Of a stretch of 11,491 nt of DNA, positions 7,896-11,491 are shown piece by piece. The DNA comes from an uncultured Thermococci archaeon (GTDB lineage: Archaea; CAYQAE01; CAYVLA01), in the NCBI GenBank assembly GCA_964549615.1, contig CAZJVP010000102.1, positions 1 through 11,491 of the forward strand, given 5' to 3'. The position numbers and the translations under genes were made by a program. Each line of letters opens with the position of its first letter. Position 1 is the first letter of the stretch. The notes below the pieces were generated by a model, which was given only the letters and a program-made list of their open reading frames with translations, was not told the DNA's origin and ran no database searches.

Positions 7896-8228
7896 CTAGA
7901 TTGTGCCCTTGAAGCTGACGGTCTGCTCCTCCCAACCGATTGAGGCCTTAACGCCCAGGGAGTGTTCGCCCTTCTTCAGGCCGCCCTTCTTCTCCACCTC
8001 GATCTTTATCGTCTCCCCGTACTCGGAGTAGATCTCCGTCGGTGGTTGGAACTTTCTTGGGGGCCGGTTTCCGACGGTCAGGGTTATCTTATCGGCGGGG
8101 ATCGCGACGCCGTCGATGGTCATCTCCTTAAGCGTCGCCGAGCCGGTGCCGATATCGTTCCTGATCTCGACGGTGAAGTGGTCGGGCTTCCCGTCGCCGT
8201 CCTTGTCGAGATTCTTGAAGGTTGCCAT
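7896..8228 (-). CDS. Small beta-rich protein, DUF6379 / C-glycoside deglycosidase beta-subunit-like, with a DxDGDGxxD loop
   Basis: 110 aa from ATG 8228, with GAGG upstream: MATFKNLDKDGDGKPDHFTVEIRN...IDGVAIPADKITLTVG...YGETIKIEVEKKGGLKKGEHSLGV. Coding status is clear from codon bias. The family assignment is pattern recall only, and the YYRG motif of DUF6379 is absent. Confidence 0.75.
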   Translation of the reverse strand: MATFKNLDKDGDGKPDHFTVEIRNDIGTGSATLKEMTIDGVAIPADKITLTVGNRPPRKFQPPTEIYSEYGETIKIEVEKKGGLKKGEHSLGVKASIGWEEQTVSFKGTI

Positions 8229-8249
8229 GCTCGCGCCTCGGTGCACTTT

Positions 8250-8315
8250 GTATACTTGGTGTAAGAAGCACATCATTTAAATGTGATTGAGGCGCGGTAA
8301 ACTAGGTGTAGCAAG
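8250..8315. promoter_or_regulatory. Divergent promoter: palindromic TATA element flanked by two direct-repeat operator candidates
   Basis: GTATACTTGGTGTAAGAAG (8250-8268) and GTAAACTAGGTGTAGCAAG (8297-8315) are 15/19 identical. The perfect palindrome CATTTAAATG (8274-8283) lies between them. Confidence 0.65.
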
Positions 8316-8335
8316 ATAAATCAAGGGGCGATGGG

Positions 8336-8683
8336 ATGGAAGCCGAAAAAAGGAAGCTTGGAAAGTTCCGCGCACTGATGGGAGCGTTCGTCAGGAAGTG
8401 GACCGTGGAGATCATGTACTGCCTCTACGAGAACGGGACGATGCGTTTCACCGATCTTCGAAGGATGCTGTCCGGGATCAGCTCGCGGACGTTGTCCGAT
8501 AGGCTCAGGGAGCTTGAGGAGATGGGCTTGGTGCGGCGCACGGTGCACGCGGAGAAACCGGTCAGGGTGGAGTACGAGCTGACCCCGGCAGGACGGCGGA
8601 TCGGGGAGCTTGCCTACGCAAGCTTCGAGGAGCTCGTTGACGCATGGGACCAGGTCGTGGGGCGGAAGGGAGGAAGGCCTTGA
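8336..8683 (+). CDS. HxlR (DUF24) family winged-helix transcriptional regulator
   Basis: KWTVEIMYCL, MRFTDLRRMLSGISSRTLSDRLRELEEMGLVRR, PVRVEYELTPAG are canonical HxlR motifs. AAGGGG lies 7 nt upstream. Confidence 0.93.
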   Translation: MEAEKRKLGKFRALMGAFVRKWTVEIMYCLYENGTMRFTDLRRMLSGISSRTLSDRLRELEEMGLVRRTVHAEKPVRVEYELTPAGRRIGELAYASFEELVDAWDQVVGRKGGRP

Positions 8684-9664
8684 ATGATAGGAGTAGGACT
8701 CGTTGGGTGCGGTGGGATGGGCATGGACTTGGCCCGCAACCTTGCCGGCGTGGAGGGCGCCAAGCTCATGGCAGCGTGCGACTCCAACCTCGACGCCGCG
8801 AGGAAGCTGGCCGCCGAACTGGGCGGGAAGGCCTGCTCGGAGTATGAGGAGCTTCTGGCGGACCCGGACATCGATGCCGTGATCGTGGCTACGCCGGGGT
8901 ACCTGCATGCTCAGCACGTCAAGCAGGCCGCTGCGGCCGGAAAGCACGTTTTCTGCGAGAAGCCGCTCGCCCTCACGTTGAGGGACTGCGACGAGATGAT
9001 ACGTGCGTGCAAGGAGGCCCGGGTCAACCTGATGGTGGGGCAGGTCCTGCGACTGCTCCCGATCTTCAAGGAATCGGCGAGGATAGTCAGGGAGCAACTC
9101 GGAAGGCCGGTGGCCATGAGCACAACGAGGATCGGCGGGTGGCGTTACAGGGAGGGATGGAGGTCCAGGCTTGAGACCTGCGGCGGATCCCTGCTTGAGG
9201 TCAATGTCCATGAGTTCGACTACATGAGGTTCGTGCTGGGCGAGCCGGTGGAGGCCTTTGCCTACGGTGGCCGGTTCGTCTTGGACTACGTGGACTTCGA
9301 GGACACCGTCTACGCCTCCTTCAAGTTCAAGGGTGGTAGCATCGGCATCCTGAAGTCAGCCATATCGTCGGCCATGGGCCAGTACAGGGGGGAGATAATC
9401 TGCGAGGGCGGAACGCTTTTCTACGACAACCGGGATGGGTCGATCCGGTACAAGAAGAGGGACTCGGCCGAGGTGGTCCTGACGCCTGACAAGATCCCCC
9501 AAGGCGGCGGCGTGCAGGAGGAGGTTTCGGAGTTCATAAGAAGCATCCAGGAACAGAGAAGCCCGTCGATAACGGGGCAGGACGGGAGGGCTGCCGTGGA
9601 GATGGCGCTGGCGGTCAGGCGGTCGCTCCAAGAGGGGGTTCCGGTGCGCATGGGAATACGGTGA
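8684..9664 (+). CDS. Gfo/Idh/MocA family NAD(P)-dependent oxidoreductase
   Basis: GLVGCGGMG Rossmann motif, DAVIVATP, GKHVFCEKP, GGSLLEVNVHEFD. ATG directly abuts the HxlR TGA; GGAGG at 8669-8673. Confidence 0.95.
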   Translation: MIGVGLVGCGGMGMDLARNLAGVEGAKLMAACDSNLDAARKLAAELGGKACSEYEELLADPDIDAVIVATPGYLHAQHVKQAAAAGKHVFCEKPLALTLRDCDEMIRACKEARVNLMVGQVLRLLPIFKESARIVREQLGRPVAMSTTRIGGWRYREGWRSRLETCGGSLLEVNVHEFDYMRFVLGEPVEAFAYGGRFVLDYVDFEDTVYASFKFKGGSIGILKSAISSAMGQYRGEIICEGGTLFYDNRDGSIRYKKRDSAEVVLTPDKIPQGGGVQEEVSEFIRSIQEQRSPSITGQDGRAAVEMALAVRRSLQEGVPVRMGIR

Positions 9665-9668
9665 GAGG

Positions 9669-10736
9669 ATGGAGGCAAAGGAAAGGTTCCTCAGGGTGAT
9701 GAACCACGAGGAGGTCGACAGGATAGCCACCCATGACAACATAGCCTCAAGTTCGCTTCTGAGGAAGTATGCCGGCAGCCTTTGCGACACCGACCTGATG
9801 CTTGCGGGGCGAAAAGCCTGCATGGAGCTTGGGATAGATGCCCTGCGCTTCGTCATGTCCACCGAGGGCGTGCCGGAGGAGGGCGAGGTGACCTCCAGCG
9901 ACGGGTGGGTTCACAAGAGGTTCTTCTACACGACATGGATCGTGAAGAGGAAGATCCAGACCGTTGAGGATTTCGAGGCAAATCCCGTCGAAAGAACGGA
10001 TGAGGACGAGATCGCCCGGCAGGCTCTGAGGACGGTGGAACATTACAAGGAAACCCAGAGGAAACTGGATCCAATCTTCTACCTGCTCCACTCAAACAAC
10101 TGGGTCCCGGGCGTGGGCGAATACGCGCAGGGGCGCTTGGGCCTGATGCTCTTCTCCAAGGTCCTCTACTCCGAGAGACGGAGGGTCAGAAAGGACATCA
10201 GGAACATCGGCGAGGACCATGTCAAGTTTGCCAAGATATGCGCAGAGGAGCACATAGCCCCGGTCGTTTTCGGCGGAGAGGACATCGCGACCAACCACGG
10301 CCCTTTCATCCACCCCAGCCTTCTGAGGGAGCTGTTCTTCCCCTATCTGGCCCGGATAGTCAAGGCGTTCCGTAGGCAGGACATCAAGTACGTCTTTCAC
10401 TCCGACGGCGACCTGTGGCCACTCCTGGACGATTTCGTCGCCGCCGGCGTTCAGGGAATTCATCCGCTCGAGCCCTTCTGCGGGATGGACCTGCTCAAGG
10501 TGAAGGAGAAGATCGGCGACAAGGTGGTGCTCTTTGGCAACATCGACTGCTCGGCCACGCTTCCGCTGGGGACGGTTGAGGATGTCGCCAAGGAGGTCAT
10601 GGATCGCATAAGGGACGCCGGGCCGGGCAGCGGCTACGTGCTGGGGTCAAGCAGCGAGATCGAGGAGATCGTGCCGATATCAAACGTCGAGGCTATGTTC
10701 GCGGCCTTAAGAAGGTACGGCAAGTTCCCAAGATAG
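9669..10736 (+). CDS. Uroporphyrinogen decarboxylase / MtaA-CmuA superfamily protein, function unknown
   Basis: ERFLRVMNHEEVDR, GEDIATNHGPFIHP, FHSDG, IHPLEP..GMDL, LFGNID, GTVEDV, GYVLGSSSEI. Starts 4 nt after the oxidoreductase stop. Confidence 0.9.
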   Translation: MEAKERFLRVMNHEEVDRIATHDNIASSSLLRKYAGSLCDTDLMLAGRKACMELGIDALRFVMSTEGVPEEGEVTSSDGWVHKRFFYTTWIVKRKIQTVEDFEANPVERTDEDEIARQALRTVEHYKETQRKLDPIFYLLHSNNWVPGVGEYAQGRLGLMLFSKVLYSERRRVRKDIRNIGEDHVKFAKICAEEHIAPVVFGGEDIATNHGPFIHPSLLRELFFPYLARIVKAFRRQDIKYVFHSDGDLWPLLDDFVAAGVQGIHPLEPFCGMDLLKVKEKIGDKVVLFGNIDCSATLPLGTVEDVAKEVMDRIRDAGPGSGYVLGSSSEIEEIVPISNVEAMFAALRRYGKFPR

Positions 10737-10767
10737 CTTCTCGTCCCCCGCGGTTAGAAGAGGACGC

Positions 10768-10797
10768 TACGTTATTACGTTACACAAGATTTAATAG
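10768..10797 (+). promoter_or_regulatory. TATA-box candidate with an upstream tandem heptamer
   Basis: TTTAATAG at 10790-10797 has the same core as the box at 1173. It is preceded by TACGTTA-T-TACGTTA (10768-10782). Confidence 0.55.
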
Positions 10798-10868
10798 TAC
10801 GAAGGTCCGGCAGAGGATGTCCTGCGAGGGATTGCCGATGCGGGGGCGTCCTCCTGGGGGTATGCGCT

Positions 10869-11491
10869 GTGTCCGGTAAGCTGTTACTTGTAGTTAGGCC
10901 TTTGTCCGCCTGTCTGGCGGCCGTCTCATGCCTGCTTTGTGTGTGTGCCGGCTGTTGATGGGGCTGGCGGGGTTAAGCCCCTTGGCCCCGACCAGTGGAT
11001 CGACGGCTTCGTCTACGATGCGCAGACCAACAGCCCAATCGAGGGCGCTCTAGTCAGGGCCAACCAAGGATCCAGCTGGTGGACCGACACAACAAGCTCA
11101 GCCGGGTACTACGAGCTGCACCTGGGATCCGCATGGGGCGAGTTCTTCATGGACGCCAGCAAGGCCGGGTATCAAACCTCCCAGGCCTACGTCTACAAGG
11201 AGCAAGACGTGGAGCTGGAAAAGAACTGGTACCTCACCCCGCTGGCGAACAATCCTCCCTACACCCCTTCCAATCCTTCTCCAGCCAATGGTGCAACCGG
11301 TCAGCCCACTTCACTGACCCTTACGTGGAGTGGTGGTGATCCTGACTCCTGGGACACCGTCACCTACCATGTCTACTTCGGTACAAGCTCTCCCCCGCCG
11401 TACGACACGGACGTATCCACCGCATCGATGCAGAAGAGCGGCCTGAGCTACGGCACAACCTACTACTGGAAGATCGTCTCTGACGATGGGG
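10869..11491 (+). CDS. Secreted/surface protein with CarboxypepD_reg-like and FN3-like domains; apparently frameshifted after the signal peptide; 3' partial
   Basis: Frame 1 is open from 10894 to the window end: ...DQWIDGFVYDAQTNSPIEGALVRA...AGYYELHL...ASKAGYQT...NNPPYTPSNPSPANGATGQPTSLTLTWSGGDPD..DTVTYHVYFGTSSPPP...GLSYGTTYYWKIVSDDG. A signal-like segment MSGKLLLVVRPLSACLAAVSCLLCV lies in frame 3 from GTG 10869 (GGGGGT 7 nt upstream) and stops at 10956-10958. Not in the ORF track. Confidence 0.8.
10938..10947 (+). repeat. (TG)5 dinucleotide tract at the frame junction
   Basis: CTT-TGTGTGTGTG-CCG. (TG)6 or (TG)3 would fuse frame 3 to frame 1. Confidence 0.85.

Noticed and set aside
8229-8276. 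N-terminal 16-aa extension of the 126-aa ORF
   Set aside because: It overlaps the TATA and operator region. ATG 8228 with upstream GAGG is more plausible.
8321-10463. Minus-strand ORFs (8321..9211, 9356..9862, 9747..10091, 10092..10463 etc.)
   Set aside because: Antisense shadows of the well-supported + operon.
9669-10736. Calling the gene hemE or mtaA
   Set aside because: The diagnostic residues of both enzymes are missing.
10995-11339. 114-aa plus ORF
   Set aside because: Wrong frame. Frame 1 over the same interval encodes recognisable CarboxypepD_reg/FN3-like domains.
1-11491. CRISPR arrays, tRNA/rRNA, transposases, integrases, defence genes
   Set aside because: No regularly spaced repeats, cloverleaf signatures or corresponding protein motifs were seen by eye.

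Overview
GC-rich window that looks archaeal, based on TTTAATAA/TTTAAA TATA-like boxes, short leaders and frequent AGG/ATA codons (inference). It carries carbohydrate- and cell-surface-related genes. From left to right: a 3'-truncated secreted GH141-like beta-helix protein (-, missing from the ORF track); a membrane-anchored GATase-like-domain protein (+); a Wzx/MOP flippase (-); a flavin reductase (-); a second membrane-anchored ThuA/GATase-like protein directly downstream of a DegT/StrS aminotransferase (-); and a possible decayed PIG-L remnant. Next is a divergent unit: a 110-aa protein resembling the DUF6379/C-glycoside deglycosidase beta subunit (-) faces an HxlR regulator, Gfo/Idh/MocA oxidoreductase and atypical UroD-superfamily operon (+), separated by a palindromic TATA element flanked by two 19-bp direct repeats. 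At the right edge a CarboxypepD_reg/FN3-like surface protein gene has its apparent signal peptide out of frame across a (TG)5 tract. No rRNA, tRNA, CRISPR or mobile element was recognised. All family calls are by-eye motif recognition, not database results.
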